This document shows positions 20,542-29,984 of a stretch of 64,000 nucleotides of DNA, one piece after another; positions within the stretch are counted from its first letter, which is position 1, and every line of letters starts with the position of its first letter. This stretch comes from a virus (lineage: Duplodnaviria > Caudoviricetes): positions 160,001 through 224,000 of IMG/VR virus record IMGVR_UViG_3300014697_000001. One strand, written 5' to 3'. The notes below the pieces were generated by a model. The model saw only the letters and a program-made list of their open reading frames with translations. It did no database searches and was not told the origin of the DNA. A program made the translations under genes and the position numbers.

Positions 20542-21123
20542 ATGAACACCCTGCCACTTGAAGAACTCGTTTCCAAACTCGCCTCCCTGCAGAAGGACCT
20601 GACTGCAGGTGGTTATGTCAAGCGCCTCATGATGACCGACGACATCAAGGATTACCGTAAGCTGCGTGAGCGTGCCACTGCCGAAAAGAATTTCTTCTTC
20701 TACGGCGCGGCGCTTCCCGATCGGCTGCAGGATATGCTCGATGGCCTGGTACGTGAGCATAAGGCGGCATTGCTGGAATTGCTCACCCAGGATAATCTGA
20801 CTGAGCACCAACTGGCGGTGGAATTCCATCAGGATCAGGATGCGTACCTGTTTACCCTGCTCGGCAATGGCATGGGCTTCTACGTGAGCGCCCGTACGAC
20901 GAAAGCTCGCGTTAAGCGCCCAACCCCCAAGGTTGAGGCCAAAGTCGTCGCTGAGGCCCCTGCCAAGCCGGCCGTGACCATGGCGGACCTGGTGAAGTCG
21001 CTGCCGCCTAAGGTTGAGAAACCCAAGGCTACCGTGACGCCGATCAAGGCCAGTAAGCCGCACAAGAAGCAGCCTCCTGTCAAACGTCGCCAGTTCACCG
21101 AAATTCGCGTCATCAAGAGCTGA
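20542..21123 (+). CDS. Hypothetical protein with a basic, Pro/Lys-rich tail
   Basis: 193 aa, TAAGGA RBS. Confidence 0.8.
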   Translation: MNTLPLEELVSKLASLQKDLTAGGYVKRLMMTDDIKDYRKLRERATAEKNFFFYGAALPDRLQDMLDGLVREHKAALLELLTQDNLTEHQLAVEFHQDQDAYLFTLLGNGMGFYVSARTTKARVKRPTPKVEAKVVAEAPAKPAVTMADLVKSLPPKVEKPKATVTPIKASKPHKKQPPVKRRQFTEIRVIKS

Positions 21124-21137
21124 TCAAGGGGTAGGCT

Positions 21138-21620
21138 ATGACCGGTCTACGGATGATGGAGGCAGCGCTCCTAGGAGCAATAGCGGTCATCCATTCAAAA
21201 GTCGATCAGGCAGCCCGTGAGAACGATATCTGGATTTACCGTGACCTCTGTCCTGTTGTCGATGAGTTCGGTATGACGACAGGATACGAGGATCATGGAG
21301 ATGAGGTCTGGATTACATTTTCGCTGAGTCCTGAGTTTGGCTTTACGCATCGTCTACGGATTGGGTTTCACGAATGGGAGACAGAGTACGACCATTTCTT
21401 GATTGACTTAAACCTTGAGGTCCCCCTGATCCTTATTCGGTCTGACTCTGAGATCGATCTGATCCATGACATCGGCACGGTGATTCATGCCATGGCCATG
21501 GTGGACCAAGAAGGCAACCAGGAAATGGAGAAACGCCGCCAAGCAGAAGCAGAAGCAGCTGAACGGGCCACCAGGCGCGCACGGTTTAAGGTGGTCGGGG
21601 GATCGGATGATCGTACCTGA
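21138..21620 (+). CDS. Hypothetical protein
   Basis: 160 aa, acidic, RBS present. Confidence 0.75.
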   Translation: MTGLRMMEAALLGAIAVIHSKVDQAARENDIWIYRDLCPVVDEFGMTTGYEDHGDEVWITFSLSPEFGFTHRLRIGFHEWETEYDHFLIDLNLEVPLILIRSDSEIDLIHDIGTVIHAMAMVDQEGNQEMEKRRQAEAEAAERATRRARFKVVGGSDDRT

Positions 21621-21957
21621 CTTCGATCATGCCCTAGAAGCCGCTGTAAGCGCCATAGAGCACGATCTAGCATTAATCCCTACGATGCATGGTCAGTTGT
21701 TGGATCTACGCGCTATGGGCCATATAGAGAGCGTGGAGGCCTTAAGACAACTGATTCGGTCGGGTGGGTTTGGCATATTGCTTAACCGTGGTCGAGACGA
21801 TTCCAAAAGGGTGTTTTATAGCACCGTCTTTGGCAGGGTGGTGAGACGTGCACCTGTAACCGGACATCGGATGATCGAGTCGATAAAGGGCTGGCTGGTA
21901 TTGGACTGTCCTGTCGAGTTGTACTTTGATGCACTGACCTGGTTGCCGTCAGAATAA
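21607..21957 (+). CDS. Hypothetical protein
   Basis: 116 aa from ATG 21607, overlapping the previous stop and ending at a terminator. Confidence 0.65.
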   Translation: MIVPDFDHALEAAVSAIEHDLALIPTMHGQLLDLRAMGHIESVEALRQLIRSGGFGILLNRGRDDSKRVFYSTVFGRVVRRAPVTGHRMIESIKGWLVLDCPVELYFDALTWLPSE

Positions 21958-21996
21958 GAGAGGGGCTTCGGCCCCTCTCCCTATTTCTTTTTGTTT
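21958..21996 (+). terminator. Intrinsic terminator
   Basis: GAGAGGGGC-TTCG-GCCCCTCTC followed by a T-rich tract. Confidence 0.8.
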
Positions 21997-21999
21997 CGA

Positions 22000-22033
22000 T
22001 TCCAATTTATTACAAGCATACATGATAGCGGTG
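22000..22033 (+). promoter_or_regulatory. Putative early promoter
   Basis: TTCCA-N14-TACATGAT-N5-TG, near-identical to the copy at 18821. Confidence 0.7.
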
Positions 22034-22064
22034 AACATACCCAACCTGCTACAGGAGCATCATC

Positions 22065-23105
22065 ATGTCTGCATCTCAAATCAAAGTTCGCTGTGAAAAC
22101 CATATTGCCATGCCTCGCACTGGCAAGGTTGTTGACTTCTACAACGCGCTTCAGGTCGCCGAAGGCATTTACTTTAAGCACGGGAGAATGGAGCGCCTCA
22201 ATGACAAAGAGATCTTTACCGTACTGCGGGTGAAACAGTCCAAATGTATCGCACGGGTCACTGCTGATAACGTGACCCCCGTGACATCGCGAGATGGGCG
22301 TTTGTTTTTCCTGAATGACTGGCCAGAAGAGGGCTTCATGTCAGTCGCGACTATCGAGCATAAGTTCTTTTTCGAACGTGTGATCCCTGATCCGTTAACA
22401 CCCCCTCAGTCCAACACCACCCAGATCGAAGATGCTCTGGATGAATTGGATGTTCCAGAACCCAACTACGATTACACTGTGGAGGTCAGTGGCGAGTTGA
22501 ACGAGCGTTACCAGATCCAGTTCCAGAATGAGCAGCAGGCCCAGATGCTCCGCTATCAAGAGACTGCCCCGTGGTACAAGGCAATCATGCAGATCATCGA
22601 TCGGATGGTACTGGGAAGCGAAAGCCGCCGGGTTAAGGTGACCTTGCATCCCAACATTCCGGGGTGCACAGACTATCACTACAATACCATCATCACCGTC
22701 GATGGTCAGCGGATCGGAACCATGCTGGTCAACGGTAAGATCGTTTCTGCCCCACACCTCGACAACAGCTCTGACCGCTTTGGTCTGAGCTTTTACGTGG
22801 AGTTGATCGGTGCAGGTCCTGAGGTGGTACGGGAGGCTTCACCAAAGGCGCCTGTGCGCGATTGGATTCCCCAGATGAACCAGTTCGTGAGGGTCGAAGG
22901 TGAAGACGAACTCTACGTCATCGCCGATTACGACCTGTATAAGAACATGTTCATCCTGACCATTGCTGACTCTGCACGGCGTGAACGTGAGGCCAGGCTC
23001 GGCGGCATGAGTGATCGTGACTACCGAATGGCACGTGCCAGCATGGAAGATCCACACATCCGCGTTGAACCGGGTCGTCTGCGTCCATTTACCCTGCGTT
23101 ACTGA
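22065..23105 (+). CDS. Early hypothetical protein
   Basis: 346 aa, AGGAG RBS, own promoter and terminator. Confidence 0.8.
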   Translation: MSASQIKVRCENHIAMPRTGKVVDFYNALQVAEGIYFKHGRMERLNDKEIFTVLRVKQSKCIARVTADNVTPVTSRDGRLFFLNDWPEEGFMSVATIEHKFFFERVIPDPLTPPQSNTTQIEDALDELDVPEPNYDYTVEVSGELNERYQIQFQNEQQAQMLRYQETAPWYKAIMQIIDRMVLGSESRRVKVTLHPNIPGCTDYHYNTIITVDGQRIGTMLVNGKIVSAPHLDNSSDRFGLSFYVELIGAGPEVVREASPKAPVRDWIPQMNQFVRVEGEDELYVIADYDLYKNMFILTIADSARREREARLGGMSDRDYRMARASMEDPHIRVEPGRLRPFTLRY

Positions 23106-23110
23106 CAGGC

Positions 23111-23162
23111 GGCATAGAGAGGGAGCTTGCGCTCCCTCTCTTAGCTGTTTCTTTTTTCTTTG
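23111..23162. terminator. Bidirectional terminator between convergent genes
   Basis: GGCATA-GAGAGGGAGC-TTGC-GCTCCCTCTC followed by a T-rich tract. Confidence 0.8.
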
Positions 23163-23164
23163 CT

Positions 23165-24031
23165 TTACAGCTTGATGTAGGTACGGTTGAATTCCGCAAC
23201 CTGCTCGCTGAAGCCGACATTGTGCTTGGCGACATCCGCTTCCACACCGGACATGAAGGCCGGTTTCAGGTTCGGACTGGTGCCAGTCTTCGGCATTGCA
23301 TCGAGCAACTGCTGAGCAAACCGATCAACAGCGATACCGACCTGCTGCATGCCCGTGAAGGGAACAGTCAGGACCAGTTCTTCGCCGTCGGCGGTCTTGT
23401 CCCGACGACCAGTGAAATCACCGGCGGTAGTCGGGTACATGTTGGTCATCAGCCATGCCGAGTTGACCTTGGTGAAGGTCGGATCGGGTTCGAACGCGAT
23501 GATCGACATGGAGTAGATGTCCGGCAGCAGGTCGGTCGGCGCATTGACGCGCGTGGCGATACCTGGAACCTTCGAATCCGGGTCCATGATCAGCTCGGTA
23601 ATCCACGACTCCAGGAAACGCTGGACGGGACGGCCGTACTTTTCACGGATGGACATCGACGGGTCGGACTTCTGACGCAGCACGTTGCTCGGCGTCTGTT
23701 GCATTTCACCAGCACCCGAGACCGGAGCCTCGACGCTGTTGACAGTCAGGGTACGGTTGAAGCCGTCCCAGGTCTGTGCATGCATTTCCACGATGCCTTT
23801 CAGCGCCCGGTAGTAGCTGTCCGGGTTATCGAGGTACTGGAAGCCGCGCGGGGCCTGCAGGACTTTGATCACCAGGTTACGACGGACGTAATCGGTGTTG
23901 GCGTGGAAGTAACGCAGGTCAGACTGGTAGGCGTTCTGCCCACCAATTGCCAGGTTTACCATCGGCGAGTTGTTGAACTCGCCGTAACCCAGGCCATTGC
24001 CCAGGAGAGTGTCACGATGCCGGACGCCCAT
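23165..24031 (-). CDS. Tail tube protein (phiKZ gp30-like)
   Basis: 288 aa directly downstream of the sheath gene; EPDPT...AWLMTNMYP motif; high codon bias. Confidence 0.8.
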   Translation of the reverse strand: MGVRHRDTLLGNGLGYGEFNNSPMVNLAIGGQNAYQSDLRYFHANTDYVRRNLVIKVLQAPRGFQYLDNPDSYYRALKGIVEMHAQTWDGFNRTLTVNSVEAPVSGAGEMQQTPSNVLRQKSDPSMSIREKYGRPVQRFLESWITELIMDPDSKVPGIATRVNAPTDLLPDIYSMSIIAFEPDPTFTKVNSAWLMTNMYPTTAGDFTGRRDKTADGEELVLTVPFTGMQQVGIAVDRFAQQLLDAMPKTGTSPNLKPAFMSGVEADVAKHNVGFSEQVAEFNRTYIKL

Positions 24032-26085
24032 TATTCAGTCTCCTGTCCAGTACGACGACCGGCCACGATGGTCAGTGCTTGCACCGTCTTCATGCCGTCG
24101 AACAGGCCTTCGATATCCGTGTGCCAGCTGTACCCACGCTGAGTGTCAGCCGGGGTGTAGTAGGACGACGGGGTGATGTTGGCGCGACCGTCGTAACGGT
24201 CCTTGATCTGCTCTTCGATGAAACGGTCGACGTTAGTCGTGTATTCATCAGCGGTCATGCGGCTGTCGCCGGTGAACATGCGCCAGGCGAGTTCGCCGAT
24301 GCGGTTCAGGTGGGAGCAGATGGCCATTGGGAAGAACGAGTTCAGCACCGAGGTGTTGTCGTGATAAACCGTCTGGATACCAGGGAAGAATACCTGGTTG
24401 CGGTGATCGAACGGCTCGGCCGAGCTGATGCCATTCTGCCAGTCAGTGTTACGTGGTTTGACCGGACGGAACTTGGCATTGTGATCGACGAAACGAGTCA
24501 CGACACGATAGATGCCGTTATCCGGCGCATAACCGGACAGCATGCGAGCACCACCCATGTAGGTAGCAACCTTGGTCGCGAAGTCCACGGTGAACGGCAG
24601 GATACCGTCGTACATGGAATCGAGGTAGGTCCCGGCGTGCTTCATCACCACAGCACGGCATGCGCCAGTGTTGTAGAACTCAGACTCAGGAACCAGCGAC
24701 AACGCGTTACGCAGAGCAGCACCGATGCTGGAATCTTCTTCCGGCGTGTTCAGGGGCTCGAGCACGTCCTGCGTAGCAGCCAATACCCAGGCGTCCGGAC
24801 GAACAGCCATGATGTTGGCCATCAGCAGCTTGGTTTCCAGGGTGAAGCCGGTGTCAATGAAAGCCGACATCGGGAAGCTGGCGCGGTCGGAGTAGGCGAT
24901 CTCGCCCTGACCGAATACGTTCAGTTCTTCACGCACAGCGGCGTCATACTCGACAGGACTTACCGCACCGTCGGTACCGCCTTGCAGCCAGTGGGTGGCC
25001 GCTTCGCCGAACAGGGCACCGCCCTCACTTGGACCTTCGATCTTGATGCTGTAGTACGGCACGCCATTGACGTCGACGCCGCCAAACAGGTTGATCGAAT
25101 GCTCTGGGGTCACTTCGCTGCCGATCAGACCGTAGTCCTGCTCGGTGGACAGAAGCTTCTCCAGGACCAATTGCAGGTTGTCCTTGTAGACATGGAAGCT
25201 CTTCAGCGGGCCATAGCCGGTGAACACTTCCGGATCATTGTCCTCGAACGCCTTGAGGATACGCTTGTCGTGCGCGTAGTTGATCTTGGTCTTCGGATCG
25301 ACCACACCCTGCTTCAGGCTGAACTCGACGAACGGCTCACCGTTCATGTTCATCAGCGGCGAACCAGTGCTGTTGCTGTTGGCACGCTCGAGGATCGACA
25401 GGCGATACAGGTAAGCGCCCTGCTCTTCGATCAGTTCGGCGTTGGCCGGAGTCGAGGAGTTGGTGGTCGGTGCAACCAGACGGATGCCGAAGTTGGAGCC
25501 CTTGGCACCGAAGAAACGCGCTTCGATGTCAAACAGCGGGTACATGGTCGACGGCGCGCCGCTACCATCGACCATAGTGCCGGTGGTCGGTGTGCCTTGA
25601 CGAAGAGCGGTTTCACCCGGCTCGTCGATGTGGAAACGGACGCGATGACCGTCGACGGTTTCACCGGTTTCAACCAGTTCACCATTGGTACGCTTGAAGG
25701 TACCGTCGGCATTACGCTCGTACTGTGCAACTTGATCAGCGATCACGTCAGCCCAGACACGTAGGGTGGCTACTTTTGCGCCAGCCGGTTTCATCCGACG
25801 GACAAGTGCCATGGCACCAGTTTGCAGAACTTTCTGCAACATAGCGGCCTGGTGGCTCAGGAATGCAGAGCCGGCGTAGAAGTTATCTGCGCCATAAATG
25901 GAATTGAAACCATCGCCACTAACCAGACTGGCAGTGTCGGACGGACCCCAAGAGGTGAACAGCGGGCAGAACGGCAGGAAGATCGGCAGGTTGACGATCT
26001 CCAGCGGTTGGCCTTGGCCACTCACATCCTTGAAGCCAAGAACTTCAGTTCTCGGCAAAGATGAAGCCATCGAAACAGACGACAT
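24031..26085 (-). CDS. Contractile tail sheath protein (phiKZ gp29-like)
   Basis: About 684 aa with GGAG RBS 8 nt before ATG 26085; WLQGGTDG, DTGF and FFPGIQTVY motifs; synteny with tube and terminase. Confidence 0.85.
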   Translation of the reverse strand: MSSVSMASSLPRTEVLGFKDVSGQGQPLEIVNLPIFLPFCPLFTSWGPSDTASLVSGDGFNSIYGADNFYAGSAFLSHQAAMLQKVLQTGAMALVRRMKPAGAKVATLRVWADVIADQVAQYERNADGTFKRTNGELVETGETVDGHRVRFHIDEPGETALRQGTPTTGTMVDGSGAPSTMYPLFDIEARFFGAKGSNFGIRLVAPTTNSSTPANAELIEEQGAYLYRLSILERANSNSTGSPLMNMNGEPFVEFSLKQGVVDPKTKINYAHDKRILKAFEDNDPEVFTGYGPLKSFHVYKDNLQLVLEKLLSTEQDYGLIGSEVTPEHSINLFGGVDVNGVPYYSIKIEGPSEGGALFGEAATHWLQGGTDGAVSPVEYDAAVREELNVFGQGEIAYSDRASFPMSAFIDTGFTLETKLLMANIMAVRPDAWVLAATQDVLEPLNTPEEDSSIGAALRNALSLVPESEFYNTGACRAVVMKHAGTYLDSMYDGILPFTVDFATKVATYMGGARMLSGYAPDNGIYRVVTRFVDHNAKFRPVKPRNTDWQNGISSAEPFDHRNQVFFPGIQTVYHDNTSVLNSFFPMAICSHLNRIGELAWRMFTGDSRMTADEYTTNVDRFIEEQIKDRYDGRANITPSSYYTPADTQRGYSWHTDIEGLFDGMKTVQALTIVAGRRTGQETE

Positions 26086-26275
26086 GTACATGTCTCCCAT
26101 GGGAATAAATGAATCAACTTCCGCGCGAAGTTTACTTTGGCAGAGAGATGGTATGACCACGCCGTTATATAGAGTGGCGTATACGGCAATCAAGGTGACC
26201 GATACCATCACCGCATACTATTCGATTCCGATATTCCCTGACTTTGTTTAATTTTACATCCACACGAGGTTTATC

Positions 26276-27241
26276 ATGCTCACCAGCCCTTGGAACACCA
26301 CCGTTTTGCGTAAGTATAAGCTCTCCACACTGCTCAGTGAATTGGCCATGGCTAAGGCCACGGGCGGACTGATTCGTGATAGTGAGTCGGTGGTATTCGT
26401 CACACCGTTGGCGGAAAAAGTACCTGTGTTCGTCATGCCAGTTACCTCGGTCGAGTATGCTGAACGCAAGCTCGATGATAACGGTAGCGTGTTCATGGAT
26501 GCCCGTTCGTTCATGCGTCGCGAACAACGCTCTGACACAGGGTTTGTGGTTGCCAACCAAATGCAGGCAGATTTCTTTTCGCGTATGGGTGACCTGACCG
26601 CCCTGTGGATCAAAGACCCATCCCTGCGCGAAGACTTCATGCGCACCAGCGATCTTCCGGCCCAAGTCTATATCAGTTGGCTCAGTCAATCGATTGCCAA
26701 CAAGCTGGGTCTGGACCTGGATGTGGCCCGTGAAGTACAGATCATTACCGGTGCTTACTATGCCCAGCGTTTCTTCTCGCCTGAAGAGATGCTCTCTGAG
26801 CGCGGCCGTGAGAAGCTGGTCAAGCTGCTCCAGCGTTGGACTCGTGCCCCTATCCAACTGATCACCTCGATCGTGGATGACCTGCCGTACATGAGCCTGC
26901 TGGATGAGTATGTGGCAGCCCTGCACACCCACTTTGCCCAGAACACTCGGATCAGCCAGATCAATGTCGGCTTCCTGATCATGACTTTGGGGCGTTCGTG
27001 GTTCGGGTACGGTGCGCAAGAGATTGCTGCTGTCGCACTGGAATACCCACCCGTTTACCTTGCACTGGTGGAAGCGGCGTGCAATGCCAAGGTCTGGCGT
27101 AAGACCCACCTCGGTAAACTGGTTGAGCGTTTTGCCGTGGGGCGTACAGGCGATGAGTTCAGCCGCTCCATGGAAGTGCTGGCCGGTAAGGTCAGGGCAC
27201 CGGGTTCACCCAATCGTCGCGCCAGCCTGGAAGCGTTCTAA
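26276..27241 (+). CDS. Conserved virion (head) protein (phiKZ gp28-like)
   Basis: 321 aa with GAGG RBS, SWFG...ALEYPP motif and terminal ASLE site; synteny. Confidence 0.7.
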   Translation: MLTSPWNTTVLRKYKLSTLLSELAMAKATGGLIRDSESVVFVTPLAEKVPVFVMPVTSVEYAERKLDDNGSVFMDARSFMRREQRSDTGFVVANQMQADFFSRMGDLTALWIKDPSLREDFMRTSDLPAQVYISWLSQSIANKLGLDLDVAREVQIITGAYYAQRFFSPEEMLSERGREKLVKLLQRWTRAPIQLITSIVDDLPYMSLLDEYVAALHTHFAQNTRISQINVGFLIMTLGRSWFGYGAQEIAAVALEYPPVYLALVEAACNAKVWRKTHLGKLVERFAVGRTGDEFSRSMEVLAGKVRAPGSPNRRASLEAF

Positions 27242-27374
27242 GGCACTGCTGTCAGCGATGACAAGGGCAAGCTTTACCAAACAACCCCCACTAGCGACAA
27301 GCCCATGAACACCACTTTCGGCCAGTACTTGAAAGACGTCATGGCTGGCAAGCGCTAATTCGATAGGTGTCCAC

Positions 27375-29942
27375 ATGACCTCCGATGACTTTCTCATCAA
27401 TCACGCCTACCAGCATGTCTGGTGTGCGCCGGAGCAGGACCGGCAACATATCCTGAGACCCTCAAGGATCAGTCCAAGAGTCGGTGCACGGGGCAGTATT
27501 CAAGTACTCTGGAACACCGTTAACCTGCCGACACAAGGCCCACGCTACCATGTGTTTCAGTTTGGCAACATCGCCCAGGGAACCTTGGGTCTGAAGTTCA
27601 AGCGCAACGTCTGGACGGCGGTCAGTAATCAAATGGTTACTGACAACATGGTGATCGAGGTCTATACCGAGCGGGGTCTTATGGTCCCGCGGTCGCAGAT
27701 GTACTTTCTCGGGACCGAGGATGGCAACATCGTGGTCGCTGTGCTGGCGCTGCCGGAGATTGGCGACTTCGGGACCGAGGATCTGTACTTCCGGTTTTAC
27801 AGCAATGCTTTCTTCGATCGGGCTGATGCACACGACCCCTATGAAGGCATTGAATACCTGTACAACGTGCCCCTAACTGCCAGCCAGATTAACAGCCTAA
27901 CCTTCCAGCTTCGCAGGATGCAGGAACGCTCAGGGCATGTTTTCATCTACGTCAATGGTTGGTTTACCAATGATGTCACCACCGCCACTGTGGGTAAAGG
28001 CGACCACGTCGAACTGGTACGCGACAGTTCGGTGGAACGGGTGGTGGAGTTTGCAGTTGCTGATCTGCCGGTATTTCTGTCAGAGCTAGACCAGAAGCAA
28101 AAGTACCTGCTACACCCGCCGCGAGCTGGTGACGATCTAATCCGTTACCGTGATGATCAGGATCTGTTCCTGGTGCACAAGCGAACCGCACACATTCAAA
28201 AGGGTGTGTACTACCACAAGAACCTGGAAGACTCCATCCGGATGGTCACCCATCAGGATTACTCGATCCCATCGATCTATGTGGACAGGATGTGTTCGTT
28301 GAACCCGAACTGGGCGCGCAGTAATCAGCTGACCGCTGTGATGGTCCAGCGTCGGTCGGGAATGGACAAGAACCTGGTAGACGAAGCCCACCACATCAAA
28401 GAGCTGTACAAGTTTGATGAGGATGGATTCCATTCAGCTATCATGGGATCGGAAGCTGTCGTGGACGTCTGGCGGGTAGAAGCCCTTGAGAAATCCATGT
28501 ACACAGCCCTGATGCGTGCTCCAGCGGGTAAGATCACCCGTCAGATGGTAGAACAGGCGTACGGTTACAATGCCATCACGCGCATTGTGGCAGACACCCC
28601 ACAGACCGTCACCACCCCGAAGGGTTGGGTGGAGTTGCCGTTTGGACTGCGGGGCGAGAGTACAGTCTACGAGTACGACGGCCAAGGTGTGTTGCTTGGG
28701 TGGTATGTTAACCAGAACACGCAGTGGTACGTTCCAAGGTCTGAAACCTGTCGCTATATCGAGGCAATCGTAGGCAAGGGGGGTTCGATCCAATCAACAG
28801 TCTACGGGAAAAACCACAAGCCGGCCAAAGGTCTGACCTTTCGTTGCTACGTGTGTCCGATAGAGTCAGCCCTCCCCACTGGGGAATGGCGCGATGTGAC
28901 CGACGACCCGGCGTTCTACGATTTTCTCGACGATACCGTTCTGTGGAAGGTCGACCCGGCGTTCTATTACACCGCGGTCAAGATGGACGACACCTTCCTG
29001 ACGTACAACCTGGTGCTCGACTACCCGGATGGCCTGCTGCGTTTCAGTCTGAACGTACAGGAACTGCGGATCAATGGCCTGTTGTACAAAGGTCTGGTTG
29101 AGATTCCCTCTGGTTTGCTCGAGTTATGGCTGAATGGTCATCCGTTGATTGAAGGGTTGGACTGGCTGATGAATGGTCAGGAGATCTGCATCATCAACAA
29201 GGAGTGGCGTAACCAGGTCGGCACATCGAACACCATCACAGTTCGCGCGACTGGGTTCTGCACCAAGGACATGGAGAGAATCCGTGCTTCTGAGTACGGG
29301 ATTGTTGAAAACGGTCTGCTGAGTCGTAACAACCGCTGGAACCTGCGGGACGATAAGGTCATTCGGGTGATTGCGGACGGGCGAATCTGGTCCCGTGATG
29401 AACTCAGCTGGGCGGAAGACAGGCCCGATGTGATTCTGACTAACGTACGGAACGGTGCACCCTACCAGGTCACCGAGCCTCTGATTCCATTGCGTGGTTT
29501 GACGCATGAAGAATCGTACCGGTTAAGGGATCGAGCGGAAACCACCGACCTGCAGATTGAAAACTACATGACCGTGGTCGTCGGTGACGTGCCGGCACAG
29601 GAAGTCAATTTGATTCCACGTCGGCACCGTATCTACAGTCCGTTCGTCGCCAAGTTGATGCACGATCTCATGGATGGGTTCTTTGATCAGATCGAATTGA
29701 CAGGCCACTACAGTGATGTCGAGGTACGCAAGTGGTGCGAGCCTTACGTCTGGTTGCTGCCGTATGAGCCATCTGTTCGAGGCTTCGATCAACGGTACAT
29801 CGCCATCGAGGCACATGAGCGGGAAGCCAAGGTTGAGCTGAACGTCTACCATTACAACTTCTTGGCGCGCGCTATTCGGGTGATGCTCAACGACAAGGTC
29901 GACATCACACACTCGATCACCATCGATCACCCACCTGTTTAA
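27375..29942 (+). CDS. Conserved virion structural protein (phiKZ gp27-like)
   Basis: 855 aa with N-terminal VWCAPEQD and LWLNGHPLIEGLD; synteny. Confidence 0.7.
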   Translation: MTSDDFLINHAYQHVWCAPEQDRQHILRPSRISPRVGARGSIQVLWNTVNLPTQGPRYHVFQFGNIAQGTLGLKFKRNVWTAVSNQMVTDNMVIEVYTERGLMVPRSQMYFLGTEDGNIVVAVLALPEIGDFGTEDLYFRFYSNAFFDRADAHDPYEGIEYLYNVPLTASQINSLTFQLRRMQERSGHVFIYVNGWFTNDVTTATVGKGDHVELVRDSSVERVVEFAVADLPVFLSELDQKQKYLLHPPRAGDDLIRYRDDQDLFLVHKRTAHIQKGVYYHKNLEDSIRMVTHQDYSIPSIYVDRMCSLNPNWARSNQLTAVMVQRRSGMDKNLVDEAHHIKELYKFDEDGFHSAIMGSEAVVDVWRVEALEKSMYTALMRAPAGKITRQMVEQAYGYNAITRIVADTPQTVTTPKGWVELPFGLRGESTVYEYDGQGVLLGWYVNQNTQWYVPRSETCRYIEAIVGKGGSIQSTVYGKNHKPAKGLTFRCYVCPIESALPTGEWRDVTDDPAFYDFLDDTVLWKVDPAFYYTAVKMDDTFLTYNLVLDYPDGLLRFSLNVQELRINGLLYKGLVEIPSGLLELWLNGHPLIEGLDWLMNGQEICIINKEWRNQVGTSNTITVRATGFCTKDMERIRASEYGIVENGLLSRNNRWNLRDDKVIRVIADGRIWSRDELSWAEDRPDVILTNVRNGAPYQVTEPLIPLRGLTHEESYRLRDRAETTDLQIENYMTVVVGDVPAQEVNLIPRRHRIYSPFVAKLMHDLMDGFFDQIELTGHYSDVEVRKWCEPYVWLLPYEPSVRGFDQRYIAIEAHEREAKVELNVYHYNFLARAIRVMLNDKVDITHSITIDHPPV

Positions 29943-29984
29943 CTTCCATGGAGCACGGGGTCAATAGGCCCCGTGAAATAAACG

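Noticed and set aside
23222-25764. 306-aa and 561-aa plus-strand ORFs opposite tube and sheath
   Set aside because: Antisense shadows of highly biased genes, with Val/Gly/His/Arg-rich non-protein-like composition
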